Shown here: piece after piece, positions 10,643 to 20,347 of the stretch | Layout of the letters: the number at the start of each line of letters is the position of its first letter | Position numbering within the stretch: position 1 is the stretch's first letter | Assembly (NCBI GenBank): GCA_965215265.1 | Contig: OZ244048.1 | Coordinates: forward strand, 448,001-512,000 | Reading direction: 5' to 3' | DNA: 64,000 nucleotides | From: Candidatus Poribacteria bacterium | GTDB taxonomy: Bacteria > Poribacteria > WGA-4E > WGA-3G | Notes under the pieces: model-generated | Told to the model about the DNA's origin: nothing | The model's database searches: none | Seen by the model: only the letters and a program-made list of their open reading frames with translations | Made by a program: the position numbers and the translations under genes

Positions 10643-11460
10643 ACATTCACCGCAGAGATTTTGTCCTAGAAATCGGCAGCGGGCACAATCCCAAGCCCAG
10701 AGCCGATGTTTTATGCGATAAATTCATAGATGATGACCGACAACGCGGCGGACATATCGTCGCAGACCGCCCACTCGTTGAAGCTGACGGGCAGCACCTC
10801 CCTTTCGCAGACAGCGCATTTGACTACGTTATCTGTTCACACGTCCTAGAGCATATCGAAGATCCGGTCCTACTCATCCACGAATTGATGCGGGTTGCTA
10901 AACGCGGATATATTGAAACACCCTCTGAAATCGCAGAACGGATTTACGGATGGCCCTATCACCACTGGCTAATCAACCGCATCGGCACAAAACTGGTCTT
11001 ACAAAAAAAGAGACATACTTCGCAATTTGGACAGCTCTTCCACACCCTCGTCGCACACGATAAGCAATGGAAACGCTTCCATCTCACGCATCATCACCTT
11101 TTCCTTGTACAACACGAATGGGATGGCAACATTGAATATGAGATAATCCAAAACGGAAAGTCACCGATGAACTTAGATTGTCACAAGACAGTTGAAAGCC
11201 TCATCGCAAAAGCAGAACCAAACCTGAACTTATGGATGCCTATTCTCAAAAATGCTATACCCGCCGGGGTCGTTTCAAAAGCAAAATCGTTTCTGGCAAA
11301 ACGATACAAACGCCGACAAACAAAAACCTTAACAGAAATTCTTGTATGCCCACAGTGCAAAACTACTCTTAACTGGGCAGAAGGCACACTCCACTGCAAA
11401 GCCTGCACCCAGCAATATCCAATTATCAACGGAATACCCCGCCTGACTTTGGCGGTTTGA
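10639..11460 (+). CDS. SAM-dependent methyltransferase with C-terminal Trm112-like zinc domain
   Basis: VLEIGSG, LPFAD.AFDYVICSHVLEH; C-terminus LVCPQCK...LHCKAC...YPIINGIPRL; ATG overlaps upstream stop (ATGA). Confidence 0.82.
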   Translation: MNIHRRDFVLEIGSGHNPKPRADVLCDKFIDDDRQRGGHIVADRPLVEADGQHLPFADSAFDYVICSHVLEHIEDPVLLIHELMRVAKRGYIETPSEIAERIYGWPYHHWLINRIGTKLVLQKKRHTSQFGQLFHTLVAHDKQWKRFHLTHHHLFLVQHEWDGNIEYEIIQNGKSPMNLDCHKTVESLIAKAEPNLNLWMPILKNAIPAGVVSKAKSFLAKRYKRRQTKTLTEILVCPQCKTTLNWAEGTLHCKACTQQYPIINGIPRLTLAV

Positions 11461-11568
11461 AACAACATAACACCCTTAGCCCTTAGAAGAAATAAAAACC
11501 GAATGCAAACAAGAATGGCACAATTTACGATAAGAATACCGATTAACCTTATAAGGAATAAAAACCGA

Positions 11569-12531
11569 ATGCAAACAGATACCAATAACATAGAAGAACG
11601 AAATATCGTTATTATTGGAGGAGGCACTGCAGGTTTTGCCGCAGGTATCTATACCTCACGCGCTATGCTCGAACCTGTTCTTATTACAGGCGACGCACTC
11701 GGCGGGCAACTCTCCTTAACACTCGACCTTGAGAATTACCCCGGTTTCTTCGGAAACGAAGCCGCCGCATTCATTCAAGGCATGCAACAGCAAGCAGAAC
11801 GCTTCGGCACAGCAGTCAAATTTGATACTGTCAACCACGTCGATTTCTCTAAACAACCTTTCACCGTCACAACATACGATACAACATATCATGCAAAATC
11901 CGTGATTATCTGTACCGGCGCATCACCCCGCACACTTGACATCCCCGGTGAAGTAGAATACGGCGGACGCGGTGTCTCCTACTGTGCTACCTGTGACGGC
12001 TTCTTTTTCCAAAACCAGCGGCTCATCGTTGTCGGCGGCGGGGATGCCGCACTCGAAGAAGGCATTTTCTTAACCAAATATGCCGCCGAAGTCTACATCG
12101 TCCACCGACGAGACCAGCTCCGCGCTAGCAAAATCATGCAGGAGCGCGCCTTCAAAAATGATAAAATCAAATTTATATGGGACACCATCGTTGAAGAAAT
12201 TTGCGGCGATAACGAAAAAGTAACCACTGCAAAACTCAAAAACGTCAAATCCCAGAAAACCGAACTTTTTCCTATTGATGGCGTATTTATCTTTATCGGG
12301 CATATTCCAAACACGCAACTCTTTAAGAATCTTATTCACATGGATGAACAAGACTATATCATTGTAGATAACCGGCAGCGCACAAATGTAGACGGTGTAT
12401 TCGCCGCCGGCGATGTACATGACCATCTCTTCCGACAAGCTATTACTGCCGCAGGTGCCGGGGCCGCCGCTGCCATCTCCGCTGAAAAATTTATCGCAGA
12501 ACTCGATAACCGCGCATACCCAGGAAACTAA
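11569..12531 (+). CDS. trxB: Thioredoxin-disulfide reductase
   Basis: IIGGGTAG, GRGVSYCATCDG, VVGGGDAALEE, VFAAGDV; start may be 11503 or 11569 (duplicated start region). Confidence 0.95.
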   Translation: MQTDTNNIEERNIVIIGGGTAGFAAGIYTSRAMLEPVLITGDALGGQLSLTLDLENYPGFFGNEAAAFIQGMQQQAERFGTAVKFDTVNHVDFSKQPFTVTTYDTTYHAKSVIICTGASPRTLDIPGEVEYGGRGVSYCATCDGFFFQNQRLIVVGGGDAALEEGIFLTKYAAEVYIVHRRDQLRASKIMQERAFKNDKIKFIWDTIVEEICGDNEKVTTAKLKNVKSQKTELFPIDGVFIFIGHIPNTQLFKNLIHMDEQDYIIVDNRQRTNVDGVFAAGDVHDHLFRQAITAAGAGAAAAISAEKFIAELDNRAYPGN

Positions 12532-12536
12532 TAAAA

Positions 12537-14201
12537 GTGACTCATGCCAAATTCCGGGACAAAAATCCCAAACTGCAAAAGCCAAAACTCGCACTCGGAC
12601 TAGATTCAAGCACACAGAGCCTCTCTGCCATCCTCATTGATATTGATAAAGCAGAGAAGCACTTTGAGCACGCCCTAGACTATCGCACCGACGAACGACT
12701 AAACCGGTTCGGGCTCGGAGAAGACTATATACTACCCTCACCAGTTGAAGGACAGGCAGAACAACCACCGCTCATCTACCTCGCATCCATTGATGCAATG
12801 TTCGCTGACATGCAAGCAGCGGATGTTCCGATCGAGGACATCGTTGTTATCAACACATCCGGGCAACAGCACGGACACGTCTATCTTAACCGCAGCGCAG
12901 CGCAGCGCCTCCAGATACTAAACCAGCCTGAAAGCAGTCAAGCCAATCTGAAAGAGCTGCTCACCGAAATTTTCGCATATCCCACCGCACCCATCTGGAT
13001 GACTTCCAACACCCTCCAGCAAACTGAGCAGCTCAGAAAGGCCGTTGGCGGAAAACAACGCATGGTGCAACTCTCCGGCTCTGACGCTCCGCTCCGCTTT
13101 ACAGGAACCATCATGCAACGCGTCGCCGAGCAATTCCCCGAACTCTACCACCAAACCGCCAACATTCAACTTATTAGCAGTTTTATACCCGCAATACTCA
13201 CAGCAAATAGCCTCGTACCTATTGATTACGGAAACGCTTGCGGCATGTCACTCATGAATTACCGCACAAAAATGTGGGAACCAGAATTATTAGAGGCAAC
13301 CGCACACAGATTGCCCGGCGGCACACAGGAATTCCGCAGCAAACTACCAACTCTCGCACGTCCTGACGCTGCTGTCGGAACAATTGCAAATTACTATATT
13401 CAAAAATACGGGTTCTCCCCAGCCTGCACCATCATAGCCGGCTCAGGAGACAACCCCCAGGCGAAAGTCCCTGTTGCCGGAGATCTGCTCAGCCTCGGAA
13501 CCAGCTTCGTCAATATGGTAGCAACCGACGGCAATACGCTTGATCCTGAAGGTTTTGCTAACGCCATGTACGACGGCATCGGACGCCCTTTTATGTTCGG
13601 CTGCAGAACCAACGGCGCAATGGTATGGGACGCTGTCAGAAATCGATACGGACTCGCTAAAGAGGAATACGCACCCGCAGAAGCAGCACTCCAAGACGCA
13701 CCACCCGGACAATTCATGACGTTCTGGCAACCAAAAAACGAATCCTTCCCCCTTTCCGGGGCATTTGAACTCAGACGAACATCGCAGACACGCAACCCTA
13801 CACTAGGAGAAGATTATGCAGGCGTTATCGAGACAAGCCTCGCCTCTGTTTACCTCTATTCTCAGGGGTTTACTAAACAAAACCAAGCACCGCTCTTTGT
13901 TACTGGAGGTGCCACTGAAAGCCCCGAAATTATGCGACGCGTCGCCGGAATTTGGAATAGACCAGCCATCCCTATAGAAAAGGGCGGGGCCGCACTCGGC
14001 GCCGCTGTCGCAGGCGCAAACGCGTATTGCAAACAAAACAGCCTACCCTTTGACATAGAGACTTTTAGTGCAGCTGTCTTGAAACGCAGTGAACCCATAC
14101 AGCCAAACTCTACCGATGTCCAAGCATACCATACGCAAGGAAAATATCTACACCGTTTTTATCAACTTTACCAGAAAATTATCGCCGAGAATCCTATATA
14201 A
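12537..14201 (+). CDS. FGGY carbohydrate kinase, xylulokinase-like
   Basis: LGLDSSTQS, SGQQHG, GSGDNP, SLGTS, VTGGA. Confidence 0.8.
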   Translation: MTHAKFRDKNPKLQKPKLALGLDSSTQSLSAILIDIDKAEKHFEHALDYRTDERLNRFGLGEDYILPSPVEGQAEQPPLIYLASIDAMFADMQAADVPIEDIVVINTSGQQHGHVYLNRSAAQRLQILNQPESSQANLKELLTEIFAYPTAPIWMTSNTLQQTEQLRKAVGGKQRMVQLSGSDAPLRFTGTIMQRVAEQFPELYHQTANIQLISSFIPAILTANSLVPIDYGNACGMSLMNYRTKMWEPELLEATAHRLPGGTQEFRSKLPTLARPDAAVGTIANYYIQKYGFSPACTIIAGSGDNPQAKVPVAGDLLSLGTSFVNMVATDGNTLDPEGFANAMYDGIGRPFMFGCRTNGAMVWDAVRNRYGLAKEEYAPAEAALQDAPPGQFMTFWQPKNESFPLSGAFELRRTSQTRNPTLGEDYAGVIETSLASVYLYSQGFTKQNQAPLFVTGGATESPEIMRRVAGIWNRPAIPIEKGGAALGAAVAGANAYCKQNSLPFDIETFSAAVLKRSEPIQPNSTDVQAYHTQGKYLHRFYQLYQKIIAENPI

Positions 14202-14249
14202 GACGCACCACACCAGAAACTCTCGGCTCGTCCTACAGAAATACAACCC

Positions 14250-14720
14250 ATGAAAAACAAATTGACGCACTTTGACCAAAAAGGAAACGCACGCATGGTG
14301 AATGTCGGGGACAAACCCGAAACATTGCGCATCGCCATCGCACACGGACACGTTACTGCAAAGCCCGAAACCTTGCAATTAATTACAGAACAACGCATCA
14401 AGAAGGGCGATGTCTTAGAAGTCGCACGCCTCGCCGGCATCATGGCAGCGAAACGCACCAGCGAACTCATACCTTTGTGTCACCCGCTCGCACTCACCTC
14501 CATCCGCGTCACATTAACCCTTGATGACAAAAAAATAAAAATTGAAGCTGAAGTCCAAACGGTCGGACGCACCGGCGTAGAAATGGAAGCACTCACAGCC
14601 GTCTCAATCGCCGCACTTACCATCTACGATATGTGCAAAGCAGTCGACAGGGAGATGCAAATCTCTGAAGTCAAATTAGTCAAAAAGACTGGAGGAAAAA
14701 GTGGTGAATATTTTCGATAG
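14250..14720 (+). CDS. moaC: Cyclic pyranopterin monophosphate synthase MoaC
   Basis: [53 protein letters not shown]. Confidence 0.96.
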   Translation: MKNKLTHFDQKGNARMVNVGDKPETLRIAIAHGHVTAKPETLQLITEQRIKKGDVLEVARLAGIMAAKRTSELIPLCHPLALTSIRVTLTLDDKKIKIEAEVQTVGRTGVEMEALTAVSIAALTIYDMCKAVDREMQISEVKLVKKTGGKSGEYFR

Positions 14721-17676
14721 AAGCATCAAAGCCAAACCCGGTTTAAACCTTGCTGACAACTACGACAACACAAACAGAACCTCCGGCCGGTATAAACCTT
14801 CACATCTCACTCTAATCTATGCCGTTCTAATCTGCTCGCTTCTCTTAATACCCACAACCGGCTTTCCAGCAGATTACGTGATGCTTATCGGCGGTGTCGG
14901 CGGCGAAAAATCCTTCTATGATGATTTCTGGAGCGCAACTTCCCGATTACATAAACTCCTCACAGAAGAATATAGCTACTCACACCAACAGATAACATTT
15001 CTCTTTGAAGATGAAGGCGACGCATCCGGCATAGTTGATGCACAAGCCAAGCGCGAAACGATTTTAGCAGCCTTCAATCAACTCGCAGAGAAAATTCAAA
15101 CCACAGACCGATTCATCCTCTTCATGATCGGACATGCAGCGCGCTCCGCGCAAGGTGTCAAATTTAATCTACCCGGCCGCGATATTAGTGAAGCCGAATA
15201 CGCACACAGCATTAACCGAATACCTACCAAAAACAAGGTCTTAATCTTCGGATTCCCTTATAGTGCAAAGTTCGTCCCAAACGTCACCGCCCCAGGCACC
15301 ATCATTATCACCTCAAGCTCACCCAATGAAGGCTACTCCTTACAAGCAGGATTCGGCGACGTTTTTGTTGATGCCTTCTCAACCACCGACGCAGATACAA
15401 ATATTGACGGAGTTGTCTCTCTCTTAGAGGCGTTTTTATGGCTACAGCAGCGCACCAAGGAATGGTACGAAAATGACGGCTCCGTCCAATCTGAACACCC
15501 ATACTTAGAAGACAACGGCGACGGCAGTCCATCACGAAAAGATATTGAAGAAACCTCTCCCGAATCGGACGGAAAACTCGCCGCAAATACATTTTTCGGA
15601 CAGCGACGCACTCCTCTGCCCCAGCCAACGCAAACACCAGAAACAGAACCCAACTCCCTCGCTGAACACATACCCGAATTTTCGAACACCGACAATAAAG
15701 AGATACCACCAAACAACACTTCATCAATCCCTTATGATTTCATCAGCGAACAGGACGAACTGGCAATCCAAAACGCCATTCAAAATGCACCCAATCAAAA
15801 ACAACTACCCAACGCCGGCGCAGTTATATTATGGGAAGGCATCGACATTGACATCGATGAGCAGAGCCGATATATCTATTCCACACGCAGAATTGTCAAA
15901 ATATTCAACGAAGACGGATACGGCTTAGGTGAAGTCAGCATCCCTTACATGCGGGGCAGAGACGATGTCACCATCCATCACGCCAAAACTTTTAAACCTA
16001 CAGGGAAAACCGTCGAACTCAACCCTAACGAAATCATACGAGATATACCCCCACCAAGTGCCGTAGAAGCAGGACTCTACGTCGACGCACGACTCATGCA
16101 CTTCACAATGCCCGAACTTACCAACGGATGCATCATAGACTACGCCTATTCTACAAACAACTTAGGACACATCATGAACGGAGAATTCTGGCGACAAGTC
16201 TTCTTCCAAACATCCGAACCCGTTCAATACTATCGATTTACTGCGCACATCCCTAAGAAAAAGCAGCTCTATTATCAAATCCTCGGCCCAAACATTGAAC
16301 CAACAATCACAGAGAACAACTACACCCGCACATATACCTTCGAGACGCGAGATGTTCCACCTCTAACCCAGGAATACCTCATGCCACCACCACAAGATCT
16401 CGCATATAACATCAGCATCTCATCACTCGATTCCTGGGATAAACTCGTAACATGGTACGCAACGCTCATCCGCGAACAAGATACAATGACCACGGCTATC
16501 CAAGCTAAAACCGACGAACTACTCAGAGGAACACGCAATCGCGCAGAGAAAATTAAGCGACTTTATGAATACGTCGCAACACAAATCCGGTACCTCGGAC
16601 TAGAACTCGGAATCTGGGCCATTAAACCCTACTCCGCTGATACCGTACTAAAGAATGGTAGAGGCGACTGTAAGGATAAAACAACACTCCTTTCCACTAT
16701 GCTCAAGCACGCCGGCATCCCCTCATATCCCGTGCTCATCTCTGCTGGAGACGCACGCGAAATCGTCACAGAAATCCCTTCGCTCGCATATTTCAATCAT
16801 ATGATCCTCGCCGTCGAAGCCGACAAAGGCAAAGAACTCTTATGGCTTGACCCTACCGCATCCACATGTGCTTTTGGCGACTTGCCCGCCGGAGATCAGG
16901 ACAGATGGACCCTCATTATAAATCCTGACTTCCTCGCAAATAACACAGAAACCCAACAAAAACAGAACCAACACAACGAAAAATCGCCACTCGCTAAACA
17001 ACTCTATCTCTTCCAAAAGAGCCCCACCCTTGACGCTGAGGCCAACGTCAAACGCATGAACACGCACCTACAAGTTAAAAAAGACATGAGCATCTCTGTC
17101 CAACAAGAACTAACCGTCACCGGAAATTTCAACACAAAACTTCGCGCCCAACTCGCACACCTACACACTAAAGAAGAGAAAACCCAATTCCTTCACAAAG
17201 AATTCGAACTAGATGAACGCGCCAAAGTCAACGATTTCAAAATCTCAGGACTTGATACCCTAAAACCCGAACTAACAGTACGCCTCGATTGGACATGCGA
17301 CGAGTACCTCTACGCCATCGGCAGCCAATTCATCCTCGAACTCCCGCTCATCAAACACCCTTACGCAGAACTGTTGAGTGAAGAACACCGATACCATCCA
17401 GCTGTCATTGGCATGGCCCTCTCCTTTGAAGATAAAATCACCGTGCTCGCAGAAGCACCTTTCGTCATAGACACCCTCCCTCAAGTCCAAAGCCTCAAAA
17501 CTGATGTCGCCGAAATCAAATTGGAATATACACGCTCTAAACGCAAAGCTGAGATGCACCAGAATGTTCAATTCCACGTACCACGCGTCAATCCGAATAA
17601 AATTATGCAACTTAAAGACATCGTCAAAATCGCATCAAGACGCGGACCCAAGCGGTTCAGCCTACGACAAAATTAA
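14701..17676 (+). CDS. Secreted DUF3857/transglutaminase-like protein with N-terminal caspase/C13-like domain
   Basis: GDCKDK, FNHMI, WLDPT triad motifs; N-terminal alpha/beta domain with LFMIGH, D.N.DG.VSLLEAF and EHPYLED; start uncertain. Confidence 0.75.
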   Translation: MVNIFDRSIKAKPGLNLADNYDNTNRTSGRYKPSHLTLIYAVLICSLLLIPTTGFPADYVMLIGGVGGEKSFYDDFWSATSRLHKLLTEEYSYSHQQITFLFEDEGDASGIVDAQAKRETILAAFNQLAEKIQTTDRFILFMIGHAARSAQGVKFNLPGRDISEAEYAHSINRIPTKNKVLIFGFPYSAKFVPNVTAPGTIIITSSSPNEGYSLQAGFGDVFVDAFSTTDADTNIDGVVSLLEAFLWLQQRTKEWYENDGSVQSEHPYLEDNGDGSPSRKDIEETSPESDGKLAANTFFGQRRTPLPQPTQTPETEPNSLAEHIPEFSNTDNKEIPPNNTSSIPYDFISEQDELAIQNAIQNAPNQKQLPNAGAVILWEGIDIDIDEQSRYIYSTRRIVKIFNEDGYGLGEVSIPYMRGRDDVTIHHAKTFKPTGKTVELNPNEIIRDIPPPSAVEAGLYVDARLMHFTMPELTNGCIIDYAYSTNNLGHIMNGEFWRQVFFQTSEPVQYYRFTAHIPKKKQLYYQILGPNIEPTITENNYTRTYTFETRDVPPLTQEYLMPPPQDLAYNISISSLDSWDKLVTWYATLIREQDTMTTAIQAKTDELLRGTRNRAEKIKRLYEYVATQIRYLGLELGIWAIKPYSADTVLKNGRGDCKDKTTLLSTMLKHAGIPSYPVLISAGDAREIVTEIPSLAYFNHMILAVEADKGKELLWLDPTASTCAFGDLPAGDQDRWTLIINPDFLANNTETQQKQNQHNEKSPLAKQLYLFQKSPTLDAEANVKRMNTHLQVKKDMSISVQQELTVTGNFNTKLRAQLAHLHTKEEKTQFLHKEFELDERAKVNDFKISGLDTLKPELTVRLDWTCDEYLYAIGSQFILELPLIKHPYAELLSEEHRYHPAVIGMALSFEDKITVLAEAPFVIDTLPQVQSLKTDVAEIKLEYTRSKRKAEMHQNVQFHVPRVNPNKIMQLKDIVKIASRRGPKRFSLRQN

Positions 17677-17786
17677 CTGAACCGAAAGTATCAAAAAGCA
17701 TCAACCTTCACCGCTCATAGCCGCAGACGCACTTCCGTTAAATATCCGAAACGTCCAGAGTTTCATTCACAATTCACAATTCACAA

Positions 17787-17815
17787 TTGACAAAAAAGAA
17801 GAAGTACGCTATTAT
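17787..17815 (+). promoter_or_regulatory. Sigma70-like promoter upstream of the R-M island
   Basis: TTGACA-17bp-TATTAT. Confidence 0.65.
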
Positions 17816-17903
17816 AGCTACACCGAAACGTTATAAAAAGCAGATAACCCCAAAAAAATACGGTCTTGGGGGACCCTACGGAAAATAAGGAGAATTTCGC
17901 AGA

Positions 17904-18314
17904 ATGTTTAAACCGACAGAAATCGCAAAAGCACACGCACTGTCTAAGTTTGGGATGAATTTGGAGGATATCGCACGGAAACTTTCCATCTCCATTGAGG
18001 AAGCGGAGACATTACTAAACACAACCGTCGACCCGAAGTTGATTGAGGAAGCAAGGAGAAATTTGATGGACAAAGAATTCGACGAAATTATGATCTACAG
18101 AGCCTTCGGCGTAACGCGTCCACCCGAGAAGCGGTTGCCCGGAGTGACATTATTGAGAGTGAGCCCGATACGCATAGGTGGGGAGGACTTTTTGTTGGGC
18201 ACGGACCCGGACCCTCAGGGGAACTTTTTTATCAACTCGGAACCGAGCCCTCAAGAGAAAGAGATACCCAACAAGGTAAAAGAAGCCATCGAAGGCCCTG
18301 ATGAGCCTGAGTAG
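17904..18314 (+). CDS. Hypothetical protein, possible N-terminal HTH
   Basis: AAGGAG RBS; GMNLEDIARKLSISIEEAETLL resembles an HTH. Confidence 0.5.
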   Translation: MFKPTEIAKAHALSKFGMNLEDIARKLSISIEEAETLLNTTVDPKLIEEARRNLMDKEFDEIMIYRAFGVTRPPEKRLPGVTLLRVSPIRIGGEDFLLGTDPDPQGNFFINSEPSPQEKEIPNKVKEAIEGPDEPE

Positions 18315-18535
18315 GAACAACATTACCACCCACAATGCCGCTGCAGCTAACAAACCCGGTTATCACACACCCGGAAAGCACACGCCAGCGGCATAACCAA
18401 CTCATAATGGAGCACACTGATGAACCCGGTTAGCGCGTGACGCGCACGCTTGAAAGAATGTCAGAAAAAAAGACATTGCTAAGATGCACAACGCGCACCG
18501 GGCATCAACCGCAAGCCAGCAGCACCTAAGCACTT

Positions 18536-19630
18536 ATGGAAAACAACTTGAACACCCATTCCGTTGAAAACTATGAATTTGAGCCCATCCAAGGCTACCC
18601 AAGACTCAGCTGGAAAGGAAAACGCCCGTTCCGCGCTACCCAATACTATCCCGCCCAACTCAAGGAGACACACGGCGAGAAAGTCAACGACTGGCGAAAT
18701 AAAATCTATTGGGGCGATAACCTGCAAGTCATGAGCCACCTGCTCAAGACATACCGCGGTAAGATGACCCTCATCTACATAGATCCGCCGTTTGACTCGA
18801 AAGCCGACTATAAGAAAAAAATAGAGCTGAAGGGAAAAAAGATAGAGAACGACCGCACCGCTTTTGAGGAGAAACAGTACACGGACATCTGGACGAATGA
18901 TGAATACCTCCAATTCATGTATGAACGGTTGATTCTACTGCGCGAATTGCTATCGGATAATGGGTCCATCTACCTTCACTGCGATCCAGCAAGGAGCCAT
19001 TATCTAAAGTTGATTATGGATGAGGTGTTTGGTAAAAATAAATTTCGGAATGAGATTATATGGTTTTATCATGATTCTCCAGGGCGCTCAACTAGCTATT
19101 TTCCGCAAAAACATGATGTTATCTTTTGGTATAGTAAAAGCCCAACAAAGTGGATTTTTAATTCTCATGAGGTACGTGTTCCTATTTTAGAAGCATCTAA
19201 AGAAAGGTATAAAAGTACACGAGTCATTGGTGGAAAAAGTTATGTTGGAGGCGAATCTGCTAGTGAGGGTAAAATTCCTGAAGATGTTTGGAGCATTCCA
19301 GTAATTAAAAAAAATTCCAAAGAAGGAAAAGAAGGGTTAGAGTATCCGACGCGAAAACCCGAGGCACTTCTTGAACGCATCATAAAAGCCTCATCCAATC
19401 CCGGTGATCTCGTCTTCGACTGCTTCATGGGCAGCGGCACCACACAAGCGGTTGCGATGAAACTCGGCCGCCGGTTCATCGGCGTTGACATCAACCTCGG
19501 CGCCGTCGAGACCACCTCAAAACGCCTTATAAATCTCGCAGCAAACATTGAGCAGAACACACGCCAACAGAAAATTGACTTTGAAGCGGAAAAAATCGAA
19601 AATACCCCCCCCCTTCTTCATATGTGTTAA
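18536..19630 (+). CDS. mod: Type III R-M DNA methyltransferase (Mod), N-terminal/catalytic part; ends just after a C9 frameshift
   Basis: GDNLQVM, IYIDPPF, YPT.KPEALLERII, DCFMGSGTT (beta-class amino-MTase); upstream of res. Confidence 0.9.
   Translation: MENNLNTHSVENYEFEPIQGYPRLSWKGKRPFRATQYYPAQLKETHGEKVNDWRNKIYWGDNLQVMSHLLKTYRGKMTLIYIDPPFDSKADYKKKIELKGKKIENDRTAFEEKQYTDIWTNDEYLQFMYERLILLRELLSDNGSIYLHCDPARSHYLKLIMDEVFGKNKFRNEIIWFYHDSPGRSTSYFPQKHDVIFWYSKSPTKWIFNSHEVRVPILEASKERYKSTRVIGGKSYVGGESASEGKIPEDVWSIPVIKKNSKEGKEGLEYPTRKPEALLERIIKASSNPGDLVFDCFMGSGTTQAVAMKLGRRFIGVDINLGAVETTSKRLINLAANIEQNTRQQKIDFEAEKIENTPPLLHMC
19605..19613 (+). repeat. C9 homopolymer at mod frameshift
   Basis: aataCCCCCCCCCttctt; C10 or C7 would join the two mod ORFs. 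Confidence 0.85.
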
Positions 19631-20328
19631 GTTCCTATACAGGATTTGAGGTGTATAACGTCAACCACTACGACGTATTCCGCAACCCTATTGAGGCGAA
19701 AGCGCTCCTCATCGAGGCACTGGAAATACAGCCGCTCCCTTCCAGTGCAATATACGACGGCGAAAAAGACGGACACCTCGTCAAAATCATGCCTATCAAT
19801 CGCATTGCTACTCGCGCTGACATCAACGAACTCATCGCAGGATTAGATTACAAAACTTTCGAGAAACGCCAAGAACAACACCCCACCCGTGCCGTCGAAA
19901 AGTTGTTGCTCGTCTGTATGGGACATGAACCTGACCTCGCCGCCGCGTTGCAAAGTGAAGTGCCTTACAAACTTGACATAGAAGTGATGGATATCCTGCG
20001 TGACAAATCCGGGTTAGCGTTCAAACGCGAATCCGAAGCGAATATTGTTCGTAGCAACGGCCAAGTCAGCATAGAGCAGTTCTACCCAATGAACCTGCTC
20101 GAGAAGTTAAGTCTGCTGAAAGAGCACGTTGAAGACTGGCGCGAATTAGTCGAATCGGTGAAAGTTGACTTTAACTACGACGGTGCGGTGCTGAATCCGT
20201 CGGTGGTAGATGTGCCGGAAAAAGAGGGGTGGGTCAAAGGAACTTACCGCATCCCTAAAGATGCAGGCATAATCCGCGTAAAAATTACCGATCTGTTATC
20301 AGAATCTCTCGAAGCAACAGTGGAATAA
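19624..20328 (+). CDS. C-terminal part of Mod (out of frame with upstream part)
   Basis: No RBS, overlaps upstream stop; YTGFEVYNVN...IRVKITDLLSE resembles type III Mod C-termini. Confidence 0.75.
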   Translation: MLSSYTGFEVYNVNHYDVFRNPIEAKALLIEALEIQPLPSSAIYDGEKDGHLVKIMPINRIATRADINELIAGLDYKTFEKRQEQHPTRAVEKLLLVCMGHEPDLAAALQSEVPYKLDIEVMDILRDKSGLAFKRESEANIVRSNGQVSIEQFYPMNLLEKLSLLKEHVEDWRELVESVKVDFNYDGAVLNPSVVDVPEKEGWVKGTYRIPKDAGIIRVKITDLLSESLEATVE

Positions 20329-20347
20329 CGCCTCTATAGGAGAAAAA

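Noticed and set aside
11491-11578. Direct repeat AATAAAAACCGAATGCAAACA at the trxB start
   Set aside because: Small local duplication that only makes the start codon ambiguous
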